From Candidatus Undinarchaeales archaeon SRR5007147.bin71 (GTDB taxonomy: Archaea; Undinarchaeota; Undinarchaeia; Undinarchaeales; Undinarchaeaceae): a stretch of DNA of 40,968 bases. The DNA lies in assembly GCA_014189675.1 (NCBI GenBank), contig DVAE01000030.1:1-40968 (forward strand), in the 5' to 3' direction. A model generated the notes under the pieces. It was not told the origin of the DNA. It saw only the letters and a program-made list of their open reading frames with translations, and did no database searches. A program made the translations under genes and the position numbers. Below, piece by piece: positions 17,640-26,011 of the stretch (its first letter is position 1; each line of letters opens with the position of its first letter).

Positions 17640-19685
17640 TCAGGGTTTTTTGAGAATGCCTTGTCGCGGCTCAAACAAATCACCCTTTGATTTTAGTTTG
17701 CTTATCAACTCAAGGGTCTTGAGATTGTCTATTCCACGATTTGCTGCCTCTATCAAAACATCGTCTATTTTTATATCTGGACCGTGCTCCTTTGCAATCT
17801 CATCTATGATTGTAAGAATTGTATTTATTCTGCTCCTCTGCACCGATGAAGTTCCTGCTTCCATTCTGTCTATATCAATCTTACCAGTCTCAGGGTCGGT
17901 ACCGAGGTCCCTTAAGGACTGCTCTATGAGCTTTGTGGCCCTCTTAGCATCATTAAGAGATACCTTCTTTGCTAGGCGGATTCGGGCTGAGGCTTCTGCA
18001 AGACGGACCATGGCTTCAAGTTGCCTAGGCGTAAGGGGAACTACCCCACCGTTATCATCATCATCACGATATTTGCCCCTCCAGCTTACATAGAAATGTT
18101 GAATTAGCTCTTTTGCTTTTTCTGTCATTATAGGATTCACTCTGCGTGCATAGGAAACATATTTCTGAATGAATTCAGCAGAGAGTTCAGGCTCAATTGT
18201 TTTTGGAGAAATAATAGAAGTGAGAACATGCTCAGACAGGAGTGTGTCCCTTTCAAGCCCAGGCAAGTCCCTCGAAGTGAACTTCAAGTCAAATCTACTC
18301 AGTATAACTGGAGACAGATCTATCTGTTCGTAAAGAGGCTTGTATACATCAAAGCGCCCGTATTTAGGGTTTGCTGCCGCAAGAACCGATGTATTCGCGC
18401 GTAGAGTTGTGACTATTCCTGCTTTTGCTATGGAAATTGTTCCCTGCTCCATAGCTTCCAGCATTGCCGAGCGGTCGTCATCGCTCATCTTGTCAAACTC
18501 ATCAACAGATACTACTCCATTGTTTGCAAGGATGAGAGCCCCGGCTTCAAGAGTCCATCCTCCAGAGAACTCATCACGAACAACTGCCGCAGTGAGACCT
18601 ACACCAGATGCTTTTTTTCCTGAAACGAAGCGACCTTTTGGAGCCAGTCCGGAGACATAACGAAGTATCTGGGATTTTCCAACAGCAGGATCTCCAACTA
18701 TGAAAATGTGGATATTTCCCCTGACAATGGTTCCGTCAGGATGCTGTTTTCGGACACCGCCCATAAGCTGGAGAAGGATTGCCTCCTTGATAGGTTCATA
18801 TCCTTTGATGGACGGCGCTATTGATGCGATAAGCTTTTCATAGACTTTTGGATCTTTTGAGAATTTCTTTATAGCTTCAACATCTTCATCCGACAGTTCT
18901 ATTTCCTGGAATTCCTGCTCAGTCGGATCAACATGATTAACCTCCAGATAGAAATCGTAGTTAACAGTCTGAGCTCCGCTCCTTGAGGGAATTGGAACTT
19001 TCTTTAGAGAGCCAACAAGCTGAACCCTGTTTCCTGGCATCACTTTTTTTCTTTCAGAGGGGGAAACCAAATCATCAGCTAGGTGAACATAGAGTTCAGA
19101 GGGCTGTTCGCCGCCGAAAATGGACTCAGGAGGTTCCTGAACCTTAAGTATCTGTGAGTCAATCAGAGTTTCATTGATAATCTTGAATCTTCCACGACGT
19201 GCGCACTCAAAATTATCACACTGGCTCGGAGAAATCATGTTTTTAGTAAACTGCGGCAAAACCATATTCGTCTTGCATTCAGGACACTCGAATGTAACTT
19301 TCAAAGCCTTTGGTCTGACTTCTGCCGCGTTTTTTACTATCCCTTCAATAGAAATTAGGCTGTCAAGGTGGTCAGAACGGATGTCCCTGAGAACAACTGT
19401 ATTTGCTTTTGGAAGATTGTGTAGGCGAATGTTAATAGACAGATTTTCAACGTCAATAGGAAGATCTATCTCAGATATTGCATCATGAGCCTGACGAAGC
19501 GCCTCTTCAGGATGGAGAAGAAGATCATCAGCAAGATCAGGGAAGGACTTATCAATATCAGCAAAGTCTACTAAAACAGACCTCTTGTCCGGGTATTCCT
19601 TAGCTATTTCGAGAAGTCTTCCGTAGTATTTCTTTGTCTTGAAAAACTGCTCAAATTTGTCAATAGAATCCTGCATATCTCCCAC
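17640..19685 (-). CDS. mcm: Replicative helicase MCM
   Basis: Zinc finger CPEC...C...C, Walker A GDPAVGKSQ, Walker B VDEFDKM, arginine finger SRFD and C-terminal winged helix. No intein. Confidence 0.98.
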   Translation of the reverse strand: MGDMQDSIDKFEQFFKTKKYYGRLLEIAKEYPDKRSVLVDFADIDKSFPDLADDLLLHPEEALRQAHDAISEIDLPIDVENLSINIRLHNLPKANTVVLRDIRSDHLDSLISIEGIVKNAAEVRPKALKVTFECPECKTNMVLPQFTKNMISPSQCDNFECARRGRFKIINETLIDSQILKVQEPPESIFGGEQPSELYVHLADDLVSPSERKKVMPGNRVQLVGSLKKVPIPSRSGAQTVNYDFYLEVNHVDPTEQEFQEIELSDEDVEAIKKFSKDPKVYEKLIASIAPSIKGYEPIKEAILLQLMGGVRKQHPDGTIVRGNIHIFIVGDPAVGKSQILRYVSGLAPKGRFVSGKKASGVGLTAAVVRDEFSGGWTLEAGALILANNGVVSVDEFDKMSDDDRSAMLEAMEQGTISIAKAGIVTTLRANTSVLAAANPKYGRFDVYKPLYEQIDLSPVILSRFDLKFTSRDLPGLERDTLLSEHVLTSIISPKTIEPELSAEFIQKYVSYARRVNPIMTEKAKELIQHFYVSWRGKYRDDDDNGGVVPLTPRQLEAMVRLAEASARIRLAKKVSLNDAKRATKLIEQSLRDLGTDPETGKIDIDRMEAGTSSVQRSRINTILTIIDEIAKEHGPDIKIDDVLIEAANRGIDNLKTLELISKLKSKGDLFEPRQGILKKP

Positions 19686-19713
19686 TCACAGAATTTGTAT
19701 TAGGAAAGTCTAG

Positions 19714-20292
19714 TTAAAGAACTTTGGCTTTTTTTAGCTCCTTGACCAACTTCTCAACGCCCCTTCTGACGTCGACAATTTTCTTTGCTCCTGTGCACAC
19801 AATTTTACCTGACCTGAAAAGCAAGAAAACTACTTTCGGCTCAGCCACTCTGAAAACCAGACCAGGGAACTGTTCCGGCTCGAACTCTGTGTTCTCCAGT
19901 GTAAATGCAATCTTGTCCAGATTAAGTTCAGATTTTAGGTCAGAGGATGCGACAATGTTCTGTATTTTTATCGTTGCCTCTCCCTTTACCTTTATACCGC
20001 ATTTGCGAATTTGCTTAAGAGTTTCTGCAATTGCGACCTTTACTGTTTTTATCTCTTTTGAGCCAGTGCAAACCATCTTGCCCGAAGAGAAAACGAGAAT
20101 AGCAGCCTTTGGTTTAACAAGTCTCAGAACGAGACCTGGAAACTGCTCAGGCTCATATTCAGCGTTATCTAGAGTCGCAGCAATTTTATCGAGATCAATT
20201 TCTGCATCAACGGCAGCGCTTGCGACAACATTTTCAATCTTTATCTTTGGTTTAAGTGATATGTTTGACTTAGTTTTTGAAGTTTTAGGCAT
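19714..20292 (-). CDS. tbp: TATA-box-binding protein
   Basis: Two repeats of NxVAS...EPEQFPGLV...SGKxVCTG. GGGAGGG SD at 20299-20305 and TATA at 20332-20339 on the minus strand. Confidence 0.98.
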   Translation of the reverse strand: MPKTSKTKSNISLKPKIKIENVVASAAVDAEIDLDKIAATLDNAEYEPEQFPGLVLRLVKPKAAILVFSSGKMVCTGSKEIKTVKVAIAETLKQIRKCGIKVKGEATIKIQNIVASSDLKSELNLDKIAFTLENTEFEPEQFPGLVFRVAEPKVVFLLFRSGKIVCTGAKKIVDVRRGVEKLVKELKKAKVL

Positions 20293-20348
20293 AATAATCC
20301 CTCCCAGGGGTTCTTTAAGTAGTATTTAAAGTATATAAAGGCTTGGTG

Positions 20349-21599
20349 TTAGGTACCTGCAGCGTAATCAGTCAGATACTTCACCTGCTCTGCTGTGAGC
20401 TTGTCCAGAGAAAAACCCATTGTTTCAAGTTTTAGAGCTGCTATATCACGGTCCTGCTCACCATCTATGTCGTGAACATTATTCTCCAGACTTCCTTTAT
20501 TCTCAAGCAAACTTAGCATCGACATAAATTGGTTTGCAAAACTCATATCCATAACTTCAGAGGGGTGACCTTCTGCCGCCGCAAGATTAACTAGACGGCC
20601 TTTGGCAAGAAGATAAATCCTGTTTCCGTTTTTTAGAACATACTCTTCATTGTTAGTCCTCACTTCACGCTTTGTTTTTGCCAAAGATTCTAAATCATTA
20701 AGATTTATTTCAAGATCATAGTGTCCAGTGTTGCAGACTATTGCCCCGTCCTTCATGCTCTCGAAGTGTCTCCCTATAATAACGTCCTTCATTCCCGTTG
20801 CTGTTATGAATATGTCTCCGAGTTTTGCTGCCTCATCCATCTTCATAACACGGTGACCTTCCAGACTTGCCTTTAGAGCTGCTATTGGATTAACCTCGGT
20901 TGCAATTATATTTGCTCCTAGACCGCTTGCTCTGAGAGCAAGTCCGCGACCGCAGTGCCCATATCCGGCGATAACAACTGTTTTTCCGGCGAAAAGAACG
21001 GACGTAGACCGCATTATTCCGTCGAGAGTGCTCTGACCAGTCCCGTAAACATTATCAAAATCCCATTTTGTCTCTGCATCATTGACAGCTATCACAGGAT
21101 AGAGGAGCTTCCCTTCCTCTCCCATTGCGCGAAGCCTGTGAACACCAGTTGTCGTTTCCTCAGTTCCCCCAATTATTTCCTTGGCGAGTTCAGGATGCTT
21201 TTTATGTATTGTAAAAATTAAATCAGCTCCATCATCTAGAGTAAGTGTCGGCTTGAAATTCAAAGTCTGCTCTATACACCAGTAAAATTCTTCATTTGAA
21301 AGCCCGTGCCAGGCATAGATATCAGTACCTGATTCGGCAAGGGCTGCTGCCACATCGTCCTGCGTCGAAAGGGGATTGCAGCCACTCCAGGATATTTCCG
21401 CTCCTGCTACTTTCAAAGTTTCAATAAGAACTGCAGTTTCCTTTGTAACGTGAAGACAGCCAGCTATTCTCTGACCTTTCAGAGGCTTACTCTTTCCGTA
21501 CTTCTCGCGCAGGCTCATAAGAACAGGCATTCGGGACTCTGCCCATTCTATTTTCTTTCGGCCTTGAGCCGCCAGTTTTTCATCTGCTATTTTGCTCAT
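20349..21599 (-). CDS. ahcY: Adenosylhomocysteinase
   Basis: CLHVTKETA, CNPLSTQD, EETTTG, FDNVYGTGQS, GYGHCGRG and GHPSEVMD motifs. Confidence 0.98.
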   Translation of the reverse strand: MSKIADEKLAAQGRKKIEWAESRMPVLMSLREKYGKSKPLKGQRIAGCLHVTKETAVLIETLKVAGAEISWSGCNPLSTQDDVAAALAESGTDIYAWHGLSNEEFYWCIEQTLNFKPTLTLDDGADLIFTIHKKHPELAKEIIGGTEETTTGVHRLRAMGEEGKLLYPVIAVNDAETKWDFDNVYGTGQSTLDGIMRSTSVLFAGKTVVIAGYGHCGRGLALRASGLGANIIATEVNPIAALKASLEGHRVMKMDEAAKLGDIFITATGMKDVIIGRHFESMKDGAIVCNTGHYDLEINLNDLESLAKTKREVRTNNEEYVLKNGNRIYLLAKGRLVNLAAAEGHPSEVMDMSFANQFMSMLSLLENKGSLENNVHDIDGEQDRDIAALKLETMGFSLDKLTAEQVKYLTDYAAGT

Positions 21600-21677
21600 T
21601 AGTCTGTTTTGTATAATATCAGTGGTTTAAATTGTTTTTTAAGTTAAGCTTTTATAATTATACCAGATATAAGCCAT

Positions 21678-22547
21678 ATGAAACTGGGAAATTCTCTTTT
21701 GTTGTTATTAATAGTTAGTGTGAGCGGCTGTATTTCTCAGACAGAGACAGAAGCAGATAAAGAAGTAGAAGTCCCTCACATACCTGGTGAACCTGCAATA
21801 ATTGTTCCACATACTCAGGGAGAAAGAGATATTAGAGAAATAATGGAAGAGGGGAAACAGAGTGCAGAATTTGATATAGAAAACGAAGAGATACCTAAAT
21901 TTGTGGATGAAAATTTTATTGAGCTTGATAAAATTAAGTCAATTTCAAAGTTTAGAGGCGGTTATGGACACGATTTTTCTGCAGGAACAGGAGAAAGTTG
22001 CAGAAGTATGAAGCACTATTTTTGGCCGGCATGGGGTGAACATGGTAAAACTCATAATCCATCCTGGATGAGCATAGAATATTATTCACCGGTTGACGGA
22101 GTCATTGAGGAATTGCAATACAGGGAAAATGCCTATGGAACTGAGGCACAATTTCATATAGTACCAGACGAAGAACCTGCCTTCCTCCTCAGATTTTTCC
22201 ACTTGAAATTGCTTGACTCCCTAGGAGAGGGAAGTAGAGTAAGTGCTGGGCAGAAAATAGGAACTATTGGAGATGAGAATTCACACGCTGAGATTGCAGT
22301 TGAGCTTATGATACCTGATGGCTCCACAATAATTTCATTTTTCCAGATTATGAGTGATTCTGTGTTTGAGGAATACGCAGAGAGAGGTATGACATCAAGA
22401 GAGGATGTAATAATTAGCAAAGAAGAAAGGGATGCAGATCCTCTGGAATGTGACTATTCTACAGAAGCTGGATATTTCGTAGGAAGGGGAACTGAAAAAT
22501 ACGACAGATGGTCAACCAGCTCAGCGAACTGGCTTATGTTAAATTAA
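21678..22547 (+). CDS. Lipoprotein with M23/LytM-like barrel-sandwich segment
   Basis: Lipobox-like VSGC after a hydrophobic stretch. YSPVDGVI...FFHL...GSRVSAGQKIG...SHAE follows the M23 pattern, but the canonical HxH is not intact. Confidence 0.6.
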   Translation: MKLGNSLLLLLIVSVSGCISQTETEADKEVEVPHIPGEPAIIVPHTQGERDIREIMEEGKQSAEFDIENEEIPKFVDENFIELDKIKSISKFRGGYGHDFSAGTGESCRSMKHYFWPAWGEHGKTHNPSWMSIEYYSPVDGVIEELQYRENAYGTEAQFHIVPDEEPAFLLRFFHLKLLDSLGEGSRVSAGQKIGTIGDENSHAEIAVELMIPDGSTIISFFQIMSDSVFEEYAERGMTSREDVIISKEERDADPLECDYSTEAGYFVGRGTEKYDRWSTSSANWLMLN

Positions 22548-22552
22548 GTTGT

Positions 22553-23074
22553 TTACTCTGATTTGTAATTCACAAGAGAATATATCTTGTAATCTTTGAG
22601 CTTTTCTCGCCCCTTAAGGAAGGACAGCTCTATAAGAAAGGCGAAGGCTGCGATTTCTCCTCCTATTTTTTCTATTAAGTTGGCAGTTGCGCGTGAAGTT
22701 CCTCCAGTAGCGAGAAGGTCATCTACAATTAAGACCTTGTCTCCTTCCTTGACTGCATCATCGTGAACCTCAAGCCTGTCTGTTCCGTACTCGAGCTCAT
22801 ATTCCTCATAAACTATATTGCTTGGAAGTTTTCCGGGTTTTCTGACTATTGCAAAGGGAATTTTCATTGCATAGGCAAGAGCGGCTCCGAAAATAAAACC
22901 ACGAGATTCTACCCCTACAATTATGTCAATTCCTGAATCTGAGAATTCATTCTTGAAATTATCAACAACATATTGGAAAGCCTCAGGATCCTGTATTAAG
23001 GTAGTGATGTCACGGAAAACTATTCCCTTTTTAGGAAAGTCTTGTATATTACGTATTTTATCCTTTAAATCCAT
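22553..23074 (-). CDS. apt: Adenine phosphoribosyltransferase
   Basis: DFPKKGIVFRDIT, ESRGFIFG, RKPGKLP, YELEYG and IVDDLLATGGT motifs. Start moved to MDLKDKI at 23074. Confidence 0.97.
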   Translation of the reverse strand: MDLKDKIRNIQDFPKKGIVFRDITTLIQDPEAFQYVVDNFKNEFSDSGIDIIVGVESRGFIFGAALAYAMKIPFAIVRKPGKLPSNIVYEEYELEYGTDRLEVHDDAVKEGDKVLIVDDLLATGGTSRATANLIEKIGGEIAAFAFLIELSFLKGREKLKDYKIYSLVNYKSE

Positions 23075-23125
23075 ACAGGAAAGTTGTAAGATAAGCTTAT
23101 AACTTTTATTAGGCATAGAAAACCA

Positions 23126-23920
23126 ATGGAAAGGCAAGTTGACATTGGAGTTATAGGAGGTTCAGGAGTATACGACGCTGAGTTTTTAAAAAATTCCGAA
23201 GAAATTACACTGGAAAGCAAGTACGGAAGTCCGGCTGACAGCTATCTTGTTGGAGAATACCTTGGAAAGCAGGTGGCATTTCTTCCGAGGCACGGAAAGG
23301 ACCACGCTCTTGCACCCCATCAAGTAAACTATCGTGCAAATATAGACGGATTCAGACAGCTTGGAGTAGGAAGAATAATAGCAGCGCAGGCAGTCGGCTC
23401 TTTGAAAGAGGAATATAAGCCTGGAGACATTGCTTTTACAGACCAGTTTATAGACAAAACTTTAGGACGTGATTCAACATTTTTCGATGAAGGAAAAGTT
23501 GCCCATGTTTCAATGGCTGAGCCGATGTGCCAGTACCTGCGAGAAATATTGATAAAGGGAGCACGGAAACTTGAGCTTGAGCACCATGAAAAAGCTACCT
23601 ATGTCTGCATAGAGGGACCAAGATTTTCGACGCGTGCAGAATCTGAACTTTTCAAGAGCTGGAATGCAGACCTAATAGGAATGACTCTTGTTCCGGAATC
23701 AGTTCTGGCAAAAGAGGCATCAATTTGCTATGCACCTGTTTCAATGGTAACTGACTACGACTGCTGGAAGAAAGGGCATGTTGTAAGTCATGAAGAAGTA
23801 ATCTCAGTTATGGAGCAGAATGTCGGGAAAATCAAAAAACTTCTTTCTGAAGTCATAGCAAAAATTCCTGATAAACGCTCGGCTGAGTGTGAAAATACCA
23901 TGGAAGGCGCAACGGCCTAA
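23126..23920 (+). CDS. mtnP: 5'-methylthioadenosine/purine nucleoside phosphorylase
   Basis: IGGSG, FLPRHG, VNYRAN, EGPRFSTRAES, GMT and VTDYD (the DYD motif indicates 6-aminopurine specificity). Confidence 0.95.
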   Translation: MERQVDIGVIGGSGVYDAEFLKNSEEITLESKYGSPADSYLVGEYLGKQVAFLPRHGKDHALAPHQVNYRANIDGFRQLGVGRIIAAQAVGSLKEEYKPGDIAFTDQFIDKTLGRDSTFFDEGKVAHVSMAEPMCQYLREILIKGARKLELEHHEKATYVCIEGPRFSTRAESELFKSWNADLIGMTLVPESVLAKEASICYAPVSMVTDYDCWKKGHVVSHEEVISVMEQNVGKIKKLLSEVIAKIPDKRSAECENTMEGATA

Positions 23921-24165
23921 AGGGGCTGCTTCTCTGCCGCCTGACTGTAATCCTTGTGAACAGTTCTTGAGTAAAGTTCTGTTCCCCGTATTTTGTGAAT
24001 ATATTCTTCAGCAATAAGCTCGTGAATCAAACCACCCACTTCTTTTTCAGGAATTCCATGTCCTTTTGCATAATTTTCAAGATCTTCAAATGAGAACATA
24101 TTAGCATGTTCCTCTAGCTCAAGAACTGCACGCTTTAACTCCTCAAGATATTCCTGTTCGACCAT
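23917..24165 (-). CDS. Small stand-alone winged-helix-like protein
   Basis: Helix pattern FEDLENYAKGHGIPEKEVGGLIHELIAEEYIHKIRG resembles the MCM/RPA32 C-terminal winged helix. Confidence 0.55.
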   Translation of the reverse strand: MVEQEYLEELKRAVLELEEHANMFSFEDLENYAKGHGIPEKEVGGLIHELIAEEYIHKIRGTELYSRTVHKDYSQAAEKQPL

Positions 24166-24198
24166 AAATTATTATATCCACAGGAACAATTTAAACTT

Positions 24199-25260
24199 AT
24201 GGATTCTCAAGTTACAATAGTCGGAGGGGGGCCGGCTGGTCTGCACCTTTCGAGAAAGCTCAAAGAGAAGGGGATAGATTCGACAGTGTATGAGAGTAGT
24301 CCTGATCTAGGAAGACCGGTTCAGTGCTCCGGAGTTTTTAGCAACAATTTTGCAGAACTTCTTGAGATGCCAAAAAAAGTAATACTCAATCAAGTAAAGG
24401 GAGCTAAGCTCTACTCTCCAAGCAAAAAAATTGTTGAAATCTCAAAAAGAGAGAAGCAGGCAGATATTGTTGACCGCGGAGAATATGACAGACATTTAGC
24501 GAAGGGTCTTGATGTCAGAGAGGGAGAACATGTCAACTCTCTGGACTTTGATTCTGAGTATATAGTCGGAGCAGATGGAGCCCATTCAACAGTTGCGAGG
24601 CTGGCAGGATTTTCCCCTTTGGAAAAACACGTCGTCGGAGTCCAGGTTGAGATAGACAACGACAGCTACGACAAGGACTTTGTAGAGCTACATCTTGGAC
24701 AGAAGGTGGCTCCCGGCTTCTTTGCCTGGATAATACCGACGGACAAAAATCTTCGTGTCGGACTTGGAACGACAGAAAATCCAAAAGAATATCTTGACAG
24801 ATTTATAGAAGAAAGATTCGGAAAAGTAGAACAGAGAGAATGTCTTGCAGGATTCATACCGGTGAGAGTTAGAAAACCGATGTGGAAAGGAAACATTGCC
24901 TTGGTCGGAGACGCGGCAGGTCAAGTAAAGGCAACAACAGGAGGAGGAATTTACATGGGTATGAAATCCTCAGAGATACTGGCAGATGCAATAGAAGAGA
25001 AAGACCTGAACATATATGAAAAACGATTTACTACGGAAATTTATCCGGACCTGAAAAAGGCTGTAGCTATTAATAAAGTTCTGTCTAGTATGACAGACGA
25101 AGAGATGGATAAGTTCTGGGACACGCTCGGAAAGGAGAGCATGGTGAAACTTATGCAGGAATATGGAGATATGGACAAGCCGACGCTTCTTCTGAAAGGC
25201 TTCTTAAAAAATCCGGGACTTATAACTCAGGTTCCCTTTATTAGAGGTCTTCTGAAATAG
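24199..25260 (+). CDS. Geranylgeranyl reductase family FAD oxidoreductase
   Basis: GGGPAG, PVQCSG (PxxC), GADG, GFFAWIIP and VGDAAGQVKATTGGGI motifs. Confidence 0.92.
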   Translation: MDSQVTIVGGGPAGLHLSRKLKEKGIDSTVYESSPDLGRPVQCSGVFSNNFAELLEMPKKVILNQVKGAKLYSPSKKIVEISKREKQADIVDRGEYDRHLAKGLDVREGEHVNSLDFDSEYIVGADGAHSTVARLAGFSPLEKHVVGVQVEIDNDSYDKDFVELHLGQKVAPGFFAWIIPTDKNLRVGLGTTENPKEYLDRFIEERFGKVEQRECLAGFIPVRVRKPMWKGNIALVGDAAGQVKATTGGGIYMGMKSSEILADAIEEKDLNIYEKRFTTEIYPDLKKAVAINKVLSSMTDEEMDKFWDTLGKESMVKLMQEYGDMDKPTLLLKGFLKNPGLITQVPFIRGLLK

Positions 25261-25929
25261 TTATTTTCCATGCCTTCTCTGACGAGAATCGTAGTCCTCA
25301 AGTGCAGTTTTGATGTCATCAATAGTCACATCAGGCCAGTACTTATCCAAAAAGTAAAGTTCAGAGTAACTTGAGCCCCATAGCATAAAGTCACTAAGGC
25401 GGCTCTCAGAAGTCCTGAATATCAGGTCGACATCCGGATAATCTGAATAAAGATTTTCGGATATGCTTTCAAGAGAAAGATTTTCACCTGATTTCTTAGC
25501 AGCATCTACTATTTCCTGGCGACCAGAATAGGCGAGAGCAACCCTGAAAAACTTGCTGTCATAATCAGCTGTTGCTTCAATAGCGATATCAGTAGCCTTA
25601 AGAACCTTTTCCGGTACAAGGTCACGGGAACCTATAATTCCGACTCTTACCTGATTTTTGTGAATATCCTCATCCTTTGAGAGTTTAATGAAGTATTTTG
25701 AATATAATTTTTCAAGAGCCTTTAGCTGAGGAGCAGGACGATTCAGATTTGAAGCAGAAAGTCCGTAAGCAGTAAGATGTTTCACAGGAGTTTCTGAAAG
25801 AAGCCATTTGGAAACTGTTTCCATAACTTCAATTCCTTTGATGTGACCGTCCCAAGGAAGCGAGCCTTTTTCAGAAGCCCAACGGCAGCAGCCGTCCGGG
25901 ATTATTGCCATATGAAGAGGATAATTCAT
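25261..25929 (-). CDS. uppS: cis-prenyltransferase (UppS family)
   Basis: HMAIIPDGCCRW, S.SNLNRP, YSGRQEI, RTSESRLSDFMLW, ELYF...WP and C-terminal RRHGK. Confidence 0.9.
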   Translation of the reverse strand: MNYPLHMAIIPDGCCRWASEKGSLPWDGHIKGIEVMETVSKWLLSETPVKHLTAYGLSASNLNRPAPQLKALEKLYSKYFIKLSKDEDIHKNQVRVGIIGSRDLVPEKVLKATDIAIEATADYDSKFFRVALAYSGRQEIVDAAKKSGENLSLESISENLYSDYPDVDLIFRTSESRLSDFMLWGSSYSELYFLDKYWPDVTIDDIKTALEDYDSRQRRHGK

Positions 25930-25976
25930 ACACTATTCTTAGTAAAGCTTCTATAAAAAATAAGAGGCAAAGAAGT

Positions 25977-25984
25977 TTTATATA
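25977..25984 (+). promoter_or_regulatory. TATA box (TTTATATA) of rfcS-rfcL within the divergent uppS/rfcS promoter region
   Basis: Ends 27 nt before ATG 26012. An opposite-strand TTTTTATAG at about 25951-25959 could serve uppS. Confidence 0.55.
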
Positions 25985-26011
25985 ACACGCAGAACAAAAC
26001 AGCTTTGGGAG

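Noticed and set aside
19724-20329. 201-aa plus-strand ORF with an internal repeat
   Set aside because: Antisense to tbp. The repeat mirrors TBP's own two-fold symmetry.
23075-23137. ORF-track start of apt at 23137
   Set aside because: It would overlap the mtnP start and the divergent promoter. MDLKDKI at 23074 matches the family start.
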